A DNA stretch of 64,000 nt from Clostridia bacterium (GTDB taxonomy: Bacteria > Bacillota > Clostridia > RGIG6154), in the NCBI GenBank assembly GCA_045648505.1, contig JAZROD010000044.1, positions 80,995 to 144,994 on the forward strand, given 5' to 3'. Under the pieces are notes generated by a model. That model made no database searches. It was not told where the DNA came from and worked only from the letters and a program-made list of their open reading frames with translations. Below, piece by piece: positions 1-10,255 of the stretch (positions are counted from its first letter, which is position 1; each line of letters starts with the position of its first letter). The translations under genes were made by a program, and so were the position numbers.

Positions 1-539
1 CTTGCTTGAAAATTTCAACGGTACTTATGGGAAAATCAGGTTTTGCTATAAGTACAGGGCATTTTTTCATAGGTTTCAGAGGTGTAAGAATTTCGCCTAT
101 ACCTTCACAAAGCACAGTTCCGCCCATAATACAGAATGGAACATCCGCGCCCACTTTTTCACCGATTTTTGCAAGAGTTTCCACCGGTGCTTTTACTCCA
201 CAAAGCTCATTTAAAGCTTTTATTACCGCCGCACCGTCTGTACTTCCCCCTGCCATACCTGCAGAAACAGGAATGTTCTTTTTAATATAGATTTCAGCAC
301 CACACTCAAGACCGAAGTGGTCAAAAAATGCTTTTGCCGCTTTATATGCAATATTACTTTTATCACTTGGCAGATAACTTAAACTGCTTCTGACCGATAT
401 ATCTTTTTCCGTTAGTTCAATATCAACCTCATCGGCAAGCTCAAGGCTTTGCATAATGGTTTTTAAAAGATGATACCCGTTTTCTTTCTTGCCTACTATA
501 TCCAATGTTAAATTGATTTTTGAATATGCTTTTACTTTC
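1..539 (-). CDS. ispE: 4-diphosphocytidyl-2-C-methyl-D-erythritol kinase (partial; C-terminus lies beyond the left window edge)
   Basis: Minus-strand translation from ATG at 537-539 gives MKVKAYSKINLTLDIVGKKENGYHLL...PVSAGMAGGSTDGAAV, the GHMP-kinase IspE signature. Not in the ORF track because there is no stop inside the window. Confidence 0.8.
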
Positions 540-541
540 AT

Positions 542-988
542 TTATTCATCCTCTGTTGGTTCTACAAAAATAAAAATCAACTGCCCTACCTTAATAAGAT
601 CACCTGTTTTAAGGGCACAGGGTTCTGCTCCTATTCTTTCACCATTTACAAATGTTCCGTTTGTACTGTTGTTATCTGCTATGGTAAACATATCCCCTTC
701 TTTTTTAAATACCGCATGCACAGTTGACATAAAGGGGTCGGAAATAATTATACTTGCTTTCGCTCCTCGCCCGATAACACTTCCGTCTTTTATGTTATAG
801 GTTTCTTCCACCATAAACGGCACAGTATGTCTTTTGTTCATAAGCTTTATATACACACTGTCGTCTATAACAGAACCAAGTCTGCTCTGCTTTATGTCAA
901 GGTAAATAAGCCTGATTATGCTGAACATAAAGAAATATATGATGGTTATAAACACATATTTAAGCAATGTTGATATAAGTTCAAACAT
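542..988 (-). CDS. FHA-domain protein with N-terminal transmembrane helix
   Basis: Track ORF 542..1096. The FHA core reads GRGAKASIIISDPFMSTVHAVFKKEGDMFTIADNNSTNGTFVNGERI. Probable true start is the internal MFELIS; the stop abuts the ispE start. Confidence 0.6.
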   Translation of the reverse strand: MFELISTLLKYVFITIIYFFMFSIIRLIYLDIKQSRLGSVIDDSVYIKLMNKRHTVPFMVEETYNIKDGSVIGRGAKASIIISDPFMSTVHAVFKKEGDMFTIADNNSTNGTFVNGERIGAEPCALKTGDLIKVGQLIFIFVEPTEDE

Positions 989-1127
989 AATCTCACCTCC
1001 AATTTTTAGTATAACATTTCTTGCAAAATAAATCAATAAAAAAAAGGAATTTAAGATTTTACATAGAATTATATATCTGTAATACTTTTGTAACAATTTA
1101 CATAAGCTATACTACGGAGGAAATCTT

Positions 1128-2594
1128 ATGCGAAAAAAGATAGCCGGCTCAAATGACGGCATAAACAAGCAGGAACAATCCGCAAGCACAAATACCCAAA
1201 ACAAAAAGAATATCTTTAGCCGTTTATTTGCGTGGTTTAAAGGTAAGACAAACAAATATATACTCAAATTCAAAGCCAACAAGAAAACAGCAATTGCTTA
1301 TATTTCTGGGCTTTGTACTTTTGGAATTTGCATTTTTATTCTTTCTAACATACAAATAGGATATGCGGTTGTTTTCAACAACGAAACCATTGGTTATGTT
1401 TCAGAAAAATATGCAACAGAGCTTGCGCTTGATACTATTTATTCTGATATAGAAACATACGCATCTGAAGAAGACAATATAAATATCACAACATCCTTAA
1501 AACCATCGGTTGCTCCTGATTTATTTTTTAAATCAGAAACAGAAATTGCAGACATAATCAAATCAAGCCTTGATTTTTATGTTGAGGCCTGTTGCATTTA
1601 TATTGACGGACAGCCTGCACTTTCCACAAAGGATAAAGCAGATGCACAAAAAGCAATTGAGGAATATAAAAATTCCTGCATTGGCGGTGACGGTGAGGTT
1701 TTAAACCTTACTGTGAAAGAAAATATTGAATACAAAAACACAAGAGTTGTTCTGGCAACAGTTTTATCTGTTGAAGATGCGGTTAAAACCCTTCACGGTA
1801 CTATGGCTAAAGAAGGTCTTTACACAGTTGTTGAAGGTGATACTCTATGGAGCATCGGTATTGAAAACAATATGCCTACAGACTATCTTATGGAGCTCAA
1901 CAACCTTGACAGCGAATTTCTCAGCATCGGTGATGTTCTTCGTGTAACTCATCCTGTTCCTCTTCTTACCGTAACGGTAGAAAAGCGAATCAATTATACC
2001 GAATATATCCCTTACGAAACAGAGCAGATTTATGACTCAAAGCTTACAAAGGGTACTAACAAAACCGTACAGAAAGGTCAGAATGGTGAAAACAAGATTA
2101 CTGCGGTTGTAACGATGGTAAACCTTCAGGAAACTGACCGTATTATTGAAAACACAGAGCATATTTGTGACCCTGTTAAAGAAATAATCAGAATCGGAAC
2201 AAAACCGAAGCCAAAAACAGCGGCAACCGGCAGATTCGGCAGACCTATCAACGGCGGATATGTTTCTTCTGCATACGGTAACAGAAGCAGAGGCTATCAC
2301 ACAGGTATAGACTATGCCCTTTCTTATGGTTCACCTATTTATGCATCCGACGGTGGTACTGTAACATATTCAGGATGGAGTGGTGGATACGGATATATGA
2401 TTAAAATCAACCACGGCAACGGTTATGAAACAGTTTACGCTCATTGCAGTAAGCTTGCGGTTTCATCAGGTAAAAAAGTTGCAAAGGGTCAGGTTATTGC
2501 TTATGTAGGAAGTACCGGTAACAGTACAGGTCCACATCTTCACTTTGAAATAAGAAAAAATGGGTCATATATGAACCCATCCAATTATTATTAA
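1128..2594 (+). CDS. LysM- and G5-domain M23 family metallopeptidase
   Basis: LysM (YTVVEGDTLWSIG...GDVLRV), a G5-like segment, and the M23 motifs HTGIDYA...GYGYMIKINHGNGYETVYAHCS...GSTGNSTGPHLHFEI. Confidence 0.8.
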   Translation: MRKKIAGSNDGINKQEQSASTNTQNKKNIFSRLFAWFKGKTNKYILKFKANKKTAIAYISGLCTFGICIFILSNIQIGYAVVFNNETIGYVSEKYATELALDTIYSDIETYASEEDNINITTSLKPSVAPDLFFKSETEIADIIKSSLDFYVEACCIYIDGQPALSTKDKADAQKAIEEYKNSCIGGDGEVLNLTVKENIEYKNTRVVLATVLSVEDAVKTLHGTMAKEGLYTVVEGDTLWSIGIENNMPTDYLMELNNLDSEFLSIGDVLRVTHPVPLLTVTVEKRINYTEYIPYETEQIYDSKLTKGTNKTVQKGQNGENKITAVVTMVNLQETDRIIENTEHICDPVKEIIRIGTKPKPKTAATGRFGRPINGGYVSSAYGNRSRGYHTGIDYALSYGSPIYASDGGTVTYSGWSGGYGYMIKINHGNGYETVYAHCSKLAVSSGKKVAKGQVIAYVGSTGNSTGPHLHFEIRKNGSYMNPSNYY

Positions 2595-2623
2595 AAAAAT
2601 AAGCCTTCGGGCTTATTTTTTTA
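2594..2623. terminator. bidirectional intrinsic terminator
   Basis: aaaaaaat-AAGCCTTCGGGCTT-attttttt hairpin between the convergent M23 and spoIID genes. Confidence 0.6.
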
Positions 2624-3530
2624 ATTCTGTTCCTGGGTAGTAGTGCTTTAATATTTCTTCGTAGCTATACCCTGCTTTTGCATAATGATTTGCCCCGTAC
2701 TGACTCATTCCCACTCCGTGTCCATAGCCATAGACGGTGAAGATGTATTCTCCGTCTTTTTCTTCTATATTAAAATTTGCCGAGCGCAAATCAAACAGTT
2801 CTCTTATTTTCGCACCTGTATATTCTTTTTCGCAAAGGGTTATTGTTTTTACCGTTCCCGCATCCGTTCTTGCTATCTCCCCTATTACTTTTTCAAAGTC
2901 CTTTGCTCCCAGTTTTTCTACAAGTTGATGATAACCTACCGAAACCTTTGTTTCATAACCTTTTACAGTCTTATCACCTTCGCTTTCAACGCTCACAAGG
3001 TAAGGCAGCTGTCCGCCCCATATATCTGCCGAGCTTTCTGTTTTTCCTGAAGAAATCGCGTGAAACACCGTTGATGCATATTCATCTTCATACATAAGAG
3101 CTTCGCCCTTTGTTTCCATTACTGCTTCCTGAAGCTTTTGCTGATATTTTTCTTCAAGTTCTTCATTACTATATGCCATACAATGATTACTGTCTGTGCA
3201 AACCGAAGCCTTTGGATGCTTTTCATTCTTCACTTTAAGTTTTTTCAATGTATATGTTCTTACTGCAACTGCCTGAGCTTTAAGTGCTTCTTTTTCAAAA
3301 GACGCAGGCATTTCTTTTGCCACCGCATTAAACACATATTCCTCCAAAGGAATATAAAAGACCTCTTCTTTTTCAAAGTCATACACGCTTATTTTTTCAC
3401 CTTCTGAAATTTTCTTTTCTTTTTTTGTAATAAGTGTGCTGACAGGTATAATATATATTAGTATTATAAACACCAGCCCCATACTAATCATCTTTTTCAC
3501 TCTTGTCCCCCCGTTTTCCATATATTTCAT
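2613..3530 (-). CDS. spoIID: stage II sporulation protein D (SpoIID/LytB domain lytic transglycosylase)
   Basis: VFHAISSGKTE...ADIWGG..PYL and YGYGHGVGMSQYGAN motifs plus an N-terminal membrane anchor. The start may be the internal MISMGL. Confidence 0.7.
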   Translation of the reverse strand: MKYMENGGTRVKKMISMGLVFIILIYIIPVSTLITKKEKKISEGEKISVYDFEKEEVFYIPLEEYVFNAVAKEMPASFEKEALKAQAVAVRTYTLKKLKVKNEKHPKASVCTDSNHCMAYSNEELEEKYQQKLQEAVMETKGEALMYEDEYASTVFHAISSGKTESSADIWGGQLPYLVSVESEGDKTVKGYETKVSVGYHQLVEKLGAKDFEKVIGEIARTDAGTVKTITLCEKEYTGAKIRELFDLRSANFNIEEKDGEYIFTVYGYGHGVGMSQYGANHYAKAGYSYEEILKHYYPGTELKK

Positions 3531-3623
3531 TATATGAGGTTGACAAAACTTTTAGAAACAGTTATAATATATAAATATAATCCATAAAAAAATGTTATAA
3601 TTCAACATTGGAAAGGAGACATA

Positions 3624-4997
3624 ATGCACGAAGCAATTTTAAACAAAAACAGAGAGTTTCTGGACAGCGTTGACAATCTTATTGAAATTGTCAGCAAAAT
3701 GGACAGAATCGACCCTGAACTTTATATGCAATACAATGTTAAGAGAGGTCTGAGAAACGCTGACGGCACAGGTGTGCTTGTAGGTCTTACAGCTATCGGT
3801 GAGGTTCACGGTTACTATATTGAAGACAATGATAAAATTCCAACAGAAGGAAAGCTTTTATACAGAGGTATAAGACTTAAAGATCTTATTGAAGGAAGCA
3901 GAGCAGAGGGAAGATTTGGTTTTGAGGAAATTTGTTTCCTTATTCTTTTCGGAAAGCTCCCCACAAAGGAAGAGCTTGACACCTTCACAAAGCTTCTCAT
4001 TTCTTTGAGAACGCTTCCACAAAATTTTGTTGAAGATATGATTAAAGCGCCAAGTCCTAACATTATGAACAAGCTTGCAAGAGCAATTCTTACTCTTTAT
4101 TCATACGACTCAAGCGCAGACGATTTATCTCTTCACAATGTACTTATGCAATCCATAAGCTTAATTGCTAAAATGCCTATTATGGTTGCAAATTCATATT
4201 CAATCAAAAAATATGCATACGATAACGAAAGTCTGGTTATTCACACACATAACCCGAATCTTTCAACTGCAGAAAACTTTCTTTATATGTTAAGACCTGA
4301 CAGACAATTCACAAAAGAAGAAGCAGAAATCATCGACCTTTGCCTGATTATTCACGCAGAACACGGTGGTGGTAACAACTCTGCATTTACAACACATGTG
4401 GTTTCTTCGTCAGGAACAGATACTTATGCCGCAATTTCTGCTGCAGTAAGTTCTCTCAAAGGACCTCTTCACGGTGGTGCTGCAACAACAGTGTCTAAAA
4501 TGTTTACCGAAATAAAGGAAAATGTCAAGGACTGGGAAAACGAAGAAGAAATAAGAGCTTATGTAACAAAAATATTAAAAAAGGAAGCCTTTGACAAATC
4601 AGGCCTTGTTTACGGAATGGGTCACGCTATATACACCCTTTCTGACCCAAGAGCCGTTCTTCTTAAAGAAAAAGCCAAAGAACTTGCTAAAATTAAAGGT
4701 GCAGAAAAAGAATTTAACCTTTACGATACAGTTGAAAGAGTTACTCCTGAAATTTTCTGTGCACTGAAAAACACAAAAAAACCTATCTGTGCAAATGTTG
4801 ATTTCTATTCAGGCTTTGTATATAACCTTTTAGGTATAAACGAAGAACTTTTCACACCTTTATTTGCAATGTCAAGAACAGTTGGATGGTGTGCACACAG
4901 AATTGAAGAAATTGTTTCAGGAGGCAGAATTATCCGTCCTGCATACAAAAGCATCACATCAAAACAGCACTACATTCCACTTAATGAAAGAGAATAA
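3624..4997 (+). CDS. citrate synthase
   Basis: Citrate synthase family motifs HAEHGGGNNSAFTTHVVSSSGTD and GMGHAIYTLSDPRA; 457 aa. Confidence 0.8.
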   Translation: MHEAILNKNREFLDSVDNLIEIVSKMDRIDPELYMQYNVKRGLRNADGTGVLVGLTAIGEVHGYYIEDNDKIPTEGKLLYRGIRLKDLIEGSRAEGRFGFEEICFLILFGKLPTKEELDTFTKLLISLRTLPQNFVEDMIKAPSPNIMNKLARAILTLYSYDSSADDLSLHNVLMQSISLIAKMPIMVANSYSIKKYAYDNESLVIHTHNPNLSTAENFLYMLRPDRQFTKEEAEIIDLCLIIHAEHGGGNNSAFTTHVVSSSGTDTYAAISAAVSSLKGPLHGGAATTVSKMFTEIKENVKDWENEEEIRAYVTKILKKEAFDKSGLVYGMGHAIYTLSDPRAVLLKEKAKELAKIKGAEKEFNLYDTVERVTPEIFCALKNTKKPICANVDFYSGFVYNLLGINEELFTPLFAMSRTVGWCAHRIEEIVSGGRIIRPAYKSITSKQHYIPLNERE

Positions 4998-5031
4998 AAA
5001 AATTCCGCAGTACAAACTGCGGAATTTTTTT
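4995..5031. terminator. bidirectional intrinsic terminator
   Basis: aaaaaa-ATTCCGCAGTacaaaCTGCGGAAT-ttttttt between the convergent citrate synthase and yabR genes. Confidence 0.6.
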
Positions 5032-5443
5032 ATCTGCTTCTTCTTGTGCCTCTTTTTGATTCAAAATTTCTTTTAAGCGCAAGCATTCTTTCATCACTGT
5101 CTTGCTTGAATCTGTTCATCTTATCTTCAAAAGAAAGATTTTCTTCCTTTGGTTTTTCAAATATCGCAATATCTGCAGGTCTTGAAGCTTTTTTCGCTCT
5201 TTCTTCTTCAATGACTTTTTTGGCAGAAAGACTTACTTTCCCTTTTTCACAGGAAATAACTTTAACCTTCAGCACATCTCCCACTTTAACAAAATCTTCA
5301 ATATTCTTAACAAAGTCAACTGCGATTTCAGAGATATGTATAAGTCCGGTCTTTCCTCCCTCAATCTGAGCAAACGCACCAAAATTAGTAATACCAGTAA
5401 TCTTGGCTTCCACAACACTTCCAACTTCAAGCTGCATAAACAA
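5030..5443 (-). CDS. yabR: S1 RNA-binding domain protein (YabR-like)
   Basis: S1 domain (VGSVVEAKITGITNFGAFAQIEGGKTGLIHISEI) with a basic C-terminal tail, in the conserved position downstream of divIC. Confidence 0.55.
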   Translation of the reverse strand: MFMQLEVGSVVEAKITGITNFGAFAQIEGGKTGLIHISEIAVDFVKNIEDFVKVGDVLKVKVISCEKGKVSLSAKKVIEEERAKKASRPADIAIFEKPKEENLSFEDKMNRFKQDSDERMLALKRNFESKRGTRRSR

Positions 5444-5460
5444 AAAATCCTCCCAATAGC

Positions 5461-5754
5461 TTACTTTTCAGCAGAGTCAACGAATAAAATTTCGTCATTT
5501 TTAAGGAAGCCGAGCTTGTCCCTTGCGATTTCTTCCACACGCTTGTTGTAGTTATCCTTTTTGAGCTGCTCTTTAATTTCGTTGTCCTTTTGAGTTGCCA
5601 TCAGGATTTCCGCTTCTACGGCTTTCTTATTATTTTTCAAATGAATAATTTTTATTTCCTGTGTAACAAACATTGTGCAGAAATAAACGGTAAGTGCTGC
5701 AACTAAAAATATTTTACCAAGTTTTGATACTTTTTTCTTATTATTTCTTTTCAA
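5461..5754 (-). CDS. divIC: septum formation initiator (DivIC/FtsB family)
   Basis: Small protein with a single TM helix followed by a coiled coil (KEQLKKDNYNKRVEEIARDKLGF), lying between yabQ and yabR. Confidence 0.6.
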   Translation of the reverse strand: MKRNNKKKVSKLGKIFLVAALTVYFCTMFVTQEIKIIHLKNNKKAVEAEILMATQKDNEIKEQLKKDNYNKRVEEIARDKLGFLKNDEILFVDSAEK

Positions 5755-5827
5755 TTGCTACACCTCCCCACTATTCACTAACTCTAGTCTATTTTATTAT
5801 ATTTATTTTAAAAAGTCAATATTTTTC

Positions 5828-5857
5828 ACAAAAAAAAGCAACATCACCGTTGCTTTT
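5828..5857 (-). terminator. intrinsic terminator after yabQ
   Basis: Minus strand reads AAGCAACggtgatGTTGCTT followed by a U-run. Confidence 0.45.
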
Positions 5858-6251
5858 TAATGATTCTTTTTATAAATTGCCTCCAACTGTTATTTTTACT
5901 GCCCAAGGCAAGCTTTTTAAAAGGAATTGTGATTACTTTAAAAAGAGCAAAAACTTTGTCCCATAAATATATAAACAAAGAGCTTAACAACCATCTGTAA
6001 ATGGAAAAACCGAAAAGGGTGAAGAAAAATTCGTACCATCTCAACACACCGTTATTGGCAAAAAAAAGAGCAGAATATATAATCACCGTTTCCCCAAGCC
6101 AGAACAAAACATCTTCAATGGCAACCATCAGATATGAATTAAAGCCGTTTTTTCTTAATGTCTTGAAAAAATCATACCATACACCGCTTATACAACCGCA
6201 CACTATACACCAGCCAACAACCAGAAGCTCCCCTGAAAGTGTATTCTTCAT
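5844..6251 (-). CDS. yabQ: spore cortex biosynthesis membrane protein YabQ
   Basis: Small polytopic membrane protein immediately downstream of yabP; the yabP-yabQ-divIC order is conserved. Confidence 0.55.
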   Translation of the reverse strand: MKNTLSGELLVVGWCIVCGCISGVWYDFFKTLRKNGFNSYLMVAIEDVLFWLGETVIIYSALFFANNGVLRWYEFFFTLFGFSIYRWLLSSLFIYLWDKVFALFKVITIPFKKLALGSKNNSWRQFIKRIIKKQR

Positions 6252-6547
6252 TTAAACAACCCTGACCAGAAACCGCCTCTGCCGTTTGTTTCCTCCCGGT
6301 AGGCTACCGAATCTATGTTTCCGTCTATTATCAATTCTCCGTCTGCTGTGTTAAACTTATTTATGTGCATATTGCTTCCCTTAACCACAAGCTCTCCCAT
6401 TACAGTTGAAAGCTCCACCAACTCTTCATTATACACACCAATGTCCTTCACTCCGCTTATTAAAAGTTTTTCTCTTTTTTCCAGTATTATGTTATGTAAT
6501 TTATTTTCTTCCATAAATTTGTCCCCCTTTTTAACATTATATTTCAA
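6248..6547 (-). CDS. yabP: sporulation protein YabP
   Basis: YabP-like beta-rich sequence (LLISGVKDIGVYNEELVELSTVMGELVVKGSNMHINKFNTADGELIIDGNIDSV); its stop overlaps the yabQ start. Confidence 0.65.
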   Translation of the reverse strand: MKYNVKKGDKFMEENKLHNIILEKREKLLISGVKDIGVYNEELVELSTVMGELVVKGSNMHINKFNTADGELIIDGNIDSVAYREETNGRGGFWSGLFK

Positions 6548-6563
6548 GGGGGACTAAAATATT

Positions 6564-6809
6564 CTAATCAAACTGTCTGTACATCAAAGGAGCATCGTCT
6601 TTTGTTATATGCTTATCGTCAACTTTCAGGATTTCAACTTTAATAATTTTTTCTCCGATGGTAATTTCCATTATATCTCCCACATTAACTTGTGCAGAGG
6701 CTTTTACAACTTTACCGTTTATGGCTATTCTTCCTTTATCACAGGCTTCATTTGCCACAGTTCTTCTTTTTATTATTCTTGAAACCTTCAGAAATTTATC
6801 AACTCTCAT
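6564..6809 (-). CDS. yabO: S4-domain RNA-binding protein (YabO/Hsp15-like)
   Basis: S4 domain MRVDKFLKVSRIIKRRTVANEACDKGRIAINGKVVKASAQVNVGD. Confidence 0.65.
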   Translation of the reverse strand: MRVDKFLKVSRIIKRRTVANEACDKGRIAINGKVVKASAQVNVGDIMEITIGEKIIKVEILKVDDKHITKDDAPLMYRQFD

Positions 6810-6825
6810 TTATATGCCTTTCCTG

Positions 6826-6858
6826 AAAAAAAGAAGCAACCTTGAAAAAGGTTGCTTT
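6826..6858. terminator. intrinsic terminator downstream of hup
   Basis: AAGCAACCTTgaaaaAGGTTGCTT hairpin flanked by A/T runs. Confidence 0.5.
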
Positions 6859-6877
6859 TTTTCTCAAAGTGTTATTA

Positions 6878-7150
6878 TTATTTAATAGCATCTTTGAATG
6901 CTTTACCAGCTTTGAATGCAGGTGCTTTTGAAGCTGGGATTTTCATAGCAGCGCCAGTAGCAGGGTTTCTGCCTTCTCTTGCAGCTCTTTCTTTAACTTC
7001 AAATGTACCGAATCCAACTAACTGAACTTTGTCGTTAGCTTTTAAAGCTCCTTCGATGCTTTCGATAACTGCGTTTAATGCTTTTTCAGCGTCCTTTTTT
7101 GACAATTCAGCTTTTGCAGCAATTGCAGCAACTAATTCTGTTTTATTCAT
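6878..7150 (-). CDS. hup: DNA-binding protein HU
   Basis: [11 protein letters not shown]...[23 protein letters not shown] is the canonical HU/IHF fold signature; 90 aa. Confidence 0.85.
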   Translation of the reverse strand: MNKTELVAAIAAKAELSKKDAEKALNAVIESIEGALKANDKVQLVGFGTFEVKERAAREGRNPATGAAMKIPASKAPAFKAGKAFKDAIK

Positions 7151-7221
7151 TATATATTCACCTCCTAAGTGATTTAAACTTTCTTTAGTACGGGCAAACC
7201 GCCCTTACAAGTTACAAATTC

Positions 7222-7250
7222 ATTATACATAATAATTTTGATTATTTCAA
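7222..7250 (-). promoter_or_regulatory. sigma-A-type promoter for hup
   Basis: Minus strand reads TTGAAA-17 nt-TATAAT. A GGGCGGTTTGCCCG stem-loop lies in the 5' UTR. Confidence 0.5.
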
Positions 7251-7307
7251 GTGTTTTTATTAAAATTTTTACAATTTTGATTAAAATTAGCGCTTTTTTA
7301 TGGGTTT

Positions 7308-8891
7308 TTAAAGAAATCTGCCTATGATTTTATTGATTTTTTCTGCTCCGGGCATTGAACTTACATCTTCTTTTGTTATTCCTTTAAAGAGAATAAGCCC
7401 TGCAAAATATAAAACAACCGCAAGACCAATGGCAACAACAAGGGCAATTTTATAATCTGTAACGCCCTTTGTAAGGTCATAAACAAAGTATGTTGCCACA
7501 CCCATAACCAGGGCAGAGCCACCTATCTTTAAAACATTTCCCATTCCTACAGATGTATCAAGATATTTTTTAAGAGCAAGAAGGTTTAATCCTGCAGTTA
7601 CCAGATAGCAAAGGTCTGTTCCGATTGGTGCACCGTGAATATTAATAGCCGGATTCCCCACTAAAATATAATTTACAATAACCTTTACTGCCGCACCTAT
7701 TGCCATATGAACAATTGGTACCCACACTTTACCTATTGACTGCAGAATTGAGTTTGTAACCATAACAAGGCTCAAAAAGATAATTCCGTATGCAAGAATA
7801 GATAAAAGCTTTGCTCCACCAAAATCACCCATAAGAAGATTAAGTATAGGCGCAGAAAGTATTGACATTCCCACCGCACAAGGAACTGCAAAAATAAGTG
7901 TAAGTCTTAAAGCAGTTGCGGCGGTAAGGCGTGCTTCTTTTTTATTGCCAAGTGCAATAGCACCTGCAATTGCAGGAACAACACTTACACTCATACCCGT
8001 TATTACAACATTGGGCATATTGAACATTGTAACCGCATCTCCTGCATAATATCCGTAAAGCTGAATTCTTGTTGCTTCATCAAAGCCTATTGCTTCAAGC
8101 TGACGCATAATCATTCCAAGATCAATAAATGTTGCCATAGTGAAAACTGTTGCACCAAGAGTAATAGGGACTGCCAGTTTCAAAAGCTTTACAAGAATTT
8201 CTTTTGAACTTCTCACCTGTTCTTCAACAGAAGTTCCCATAAGCTTTTTAATTTCTTTTTTATTTCTGGTGTTGTAGATAAACATATACACAGCACCTAT
8301 AAAGGTTCCTGTTGAAACACCAAGAATTGCTCCTGCTGCAGAAAACTGTTTTCCCATTGGAAGCATTACTGCCGCAAGTGCAAGTCCAAGTACAAGCTTA
8401 CCCAGTGCTTCAATTATTTCTGAAACCGCAGTGGGAAGCATATTACCAAGTCCCTGATTAAAGCCTCTGTATATACTCATAACGCAAACAAAAAACAAGC
8501 TTGGCGAAAGTGCCATTATGGCATAAGCCGCAGGTTCTGCACGGATAAATGAAGCAAATGTCTGTGCACCAAAAAACATTATTGAGCTTCCTACAAGACC
8601 TATAATGGTTAAAAGAACCTTTGCAACGCTATATATTTTGTTTGTTTCTCTGTAGTTTTTCGTTGCCACGCTTTCTGCAACCATTTTTGAAATGGCAACA
8701 GGAATACCTGCAGTTGCAACTATGAACAACACATTATATATGGTATATGCGGCGGTGTATATTCCGATACCGTCCGCCCCTAAAATAAACTTTCTTAACG
8801 GGATTTTATAAACTGCACCTATAATTTTAACAAGTATGCCTGCTATGGCAATTATAAGTGCTCCCTGAACAAAGCCTTGTTTTTTCTTCAA
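7308..8891 (-). CDS. MOP-superfamily polysaccharide/PG-precursor flippase (SpoVB/YabM-like)
   Basis: 527 aa, about 14 TM helices, N-terminal ALIIAIAGILVKIIGAVYKIPL typical of SpoVB/MurJ-like proteins. Its position next to the yab cluster matches yabM. Confidence 0.6.
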   Translation of the reverse strand: MKKKQGFVQGALIIAIAGILVKIIGAVYKIPLRKFILGADGIGIYTAAYTIYNVLFIVATAGIPVAISKMVAESVATKNYRETNKIYSVAKVLLTIIGLVGSSIMFFGAQTFASFIRAEPAAYAIMALSPSLFFVCVMSIYRGFNQGLGNMLPTAVSEIIEALGKLVLGLALAAVMLPMGKQFSAAGAILGVSTGTFIGAVYMFIYNTRNKKEIKKLMGTSVEEQVRSSKEILVKLLKLAVPITLGATVFTMATFIDLGMIMRQLEAIGFDEATRIQLYGYYAGDAVTMFNMPNVVITGMSVSVVPAIAGAIALGNKKEARLTAATALRLTLIFAVPCAVGMSILSAPILNLLMGDFGGAKLLSILAYGIIFLSLVMVTNSILQSIGKVWVPIVHMAIGAAVKVIVNYILVGNPAINIHGAPIGTDLCYLVTAGLNLLALKKYLDTSVGMGNVLKIGGSALVMGVATYFVYDLTKGVTDYKIALVVAIGLAVVLYFAGLILFKGITKEDVSSMPGAEKINKIIGRFL

Positions 8892-8967
8892 AACCTAACG
8901 CCTCCTGACTTTTTAATTATAGCAAAACTTTTTTCTTTTTTCAAGTACACATATATTTTATATATTG

Positions 8968-8996
8968 CAATAAAGCACAGTTTATGGTACAATATA
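8968..8996 (+). promoter_or_regulatory. sigma-A-type promoter (extended -10) for a small Cys-rich ORF
   Basis: TTGCAA-17 nt-TGgTACAAT. Confidence 0.4.
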
Positions 8997-9023
8997 CAAA
9001 AATGTGTCGAAAGGAGCTACATT

Positions 9024-9194
9024 ATGGAAACAGTACCTATGTGTGAAACCTGTATATTCGGAAATAAAATTATATGTACTGAAAATATTATATGTAAAAA
9101 GTATGGCGTTTTAGAAGCAGACGCTCCCTGCAAGCACTATAAATTTGACCTTACAAAAAAACAAGTCCGCAAAAAAAGAACAATTAAATTATAA
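9024..9194 (+). CDS. small cysteine-rich hypothetical protein (56 aa, zinc-ribbon-like)
   Basis: Encodes METVPMCETCIFGNKIICTENIICKKYGVLEADAPCKHYKF... with an AAAGGAG RBS, its own promoter and a downstream terminator. Confidence 0.4.
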   Translation: METVPMCETCIFGNKIICTENIICKKYGVLEADAPCKHYKFDLTKKQVRKKRTIKL

Positions 9195-9228
9195 AAAACA
9201 GAAGTTGCACTGCAACTTCTGTTTTTTG
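9193..9228 (+). terminator. intrinsic terminator
   Basis: CAGAAGTTGCActgCAACTTCTG followed by tttttt. Confidence 0.6.
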
Positions 9229-9249
9229 TTTATCATCAATAACTTTTAG

Positions 9250-10170
9250 TCATATCTCTGCATTGTCAGCCTTGTTTTTCTCAAAGCTGTCAAGTGCCTT
9301 TTCAACCTCGTTATACAAAGGAATTGACGGTGCTGCACCCATTCTTGAAACAGCTATTGCCGATGCTGTTGCCGCTATCTGCAACGACTTTTTAACACTG
9401 CTTCCTTTTGCTATTTCCGAAACAAAGTAGCCTGTGAATGTATCTCCTGCCGCAGTTGTATCTTTAACCTCAACTCTGTATGCTGACTGATATATTTTAT
9501 TTTCTCCGTCGAAATAAACACTTCCGTTTTTGCCCAATGTCAGAACTATTTTAAGGTGCGGATATTTGTTTTTCAAAACAACAAGTGCCTCTTCCGGCTC
9601 ACTGCATCCTGATATTCCTTTTGCTTCCACTTCATTAAGGATAACATAAGAAATCATATTATAGTCTATATTCATAAGCCTTTCATCAAAAGGAGACGGA
9701 TTTAAAACTATGCACATATTTTTCTCGTATGCTTTTTTTATAATATAATCTATGTTACTTATTTCATTCTGTAAAACTATGATATCTTTTTCTGTAAAAT
9801 CACAAAGGACTTCATCTATCATCTTTTTTGTTATTTTTTCATTTGAGCCCGGGAAAAGAAAAATTGAGTTTTCTCCCTTTGCGCTTACCTGAATTATGGC
9901 GTGACCATTTTTAATATCTGTTTTTTTAAGATAAGATACATCAACTCCGCTTTCCGCTAAAATATCAGAAAGCAACTGTCCGTCATTTCCTATACAGCCT
10001 GCGTGATATACCTTTGCTCCCGCCCTTGCAAGAGCTATAGACTGATTAAGTCCTTTTCCGCCCGGAAATATATCAAAGGCGTATGTTGTTTCTGTTTCTC
10101 CCGGACTTACTATGTGGTCAAGAGAATACACAAAATCAATATTACAAGATCCAAAATTCAATATTTTCAT
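9250..10170 (-). CDS. rbsK: ribokinase (PfkB family carbohydrate kinase)
   Basis: Ribokinase signatures GGKGLNQSIALARAGAKV and DTTAAGDTFTG. Confidence 0.65.
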   Translation of the reverse strand: MKILNFGSCNIDFVYSLDHIVSPGETETTYAFDIFPGGKGLNQSIALARAGAKVYHAGCIGNDGQLLSDILAESGVDVSYLKKTDIKNGHAIIQVSAKGENSIFLFPGSNEKITKKMIDEVLCDFTEKDIIVLQNEISNIDYIIKKAYEKNMCIVLNPSPFDERLMNIDYNMISYVILNEVEAKGISGCSEPEEALVVLKNKYPHLKIVLTLGKNGSVYFDGENKIYQSAYRVEVKDTTAAGDTFTGYFVSEIAKGSSVKKSLQIAATASAIAVSRMGAAPSIPLYNEVEKALDSFEKNKADNAEI

Positions 10171-10255
10171 TTATTTCACCCCAATACCATTATATTATTT
10201 TTTCTCATAATAATCAAGGTCTGTTTTATTAAAAAACAGACCTTTAACAATATAT

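Noticed and set aside
2-290. Plus-strand ORFs 2..214 and 6..290 at the left edge
   Set aside because: Both are antisense to the well-supported ispE coding sequence on the minus strand and show wrong-frame, low-complexity translations with no domain signal.
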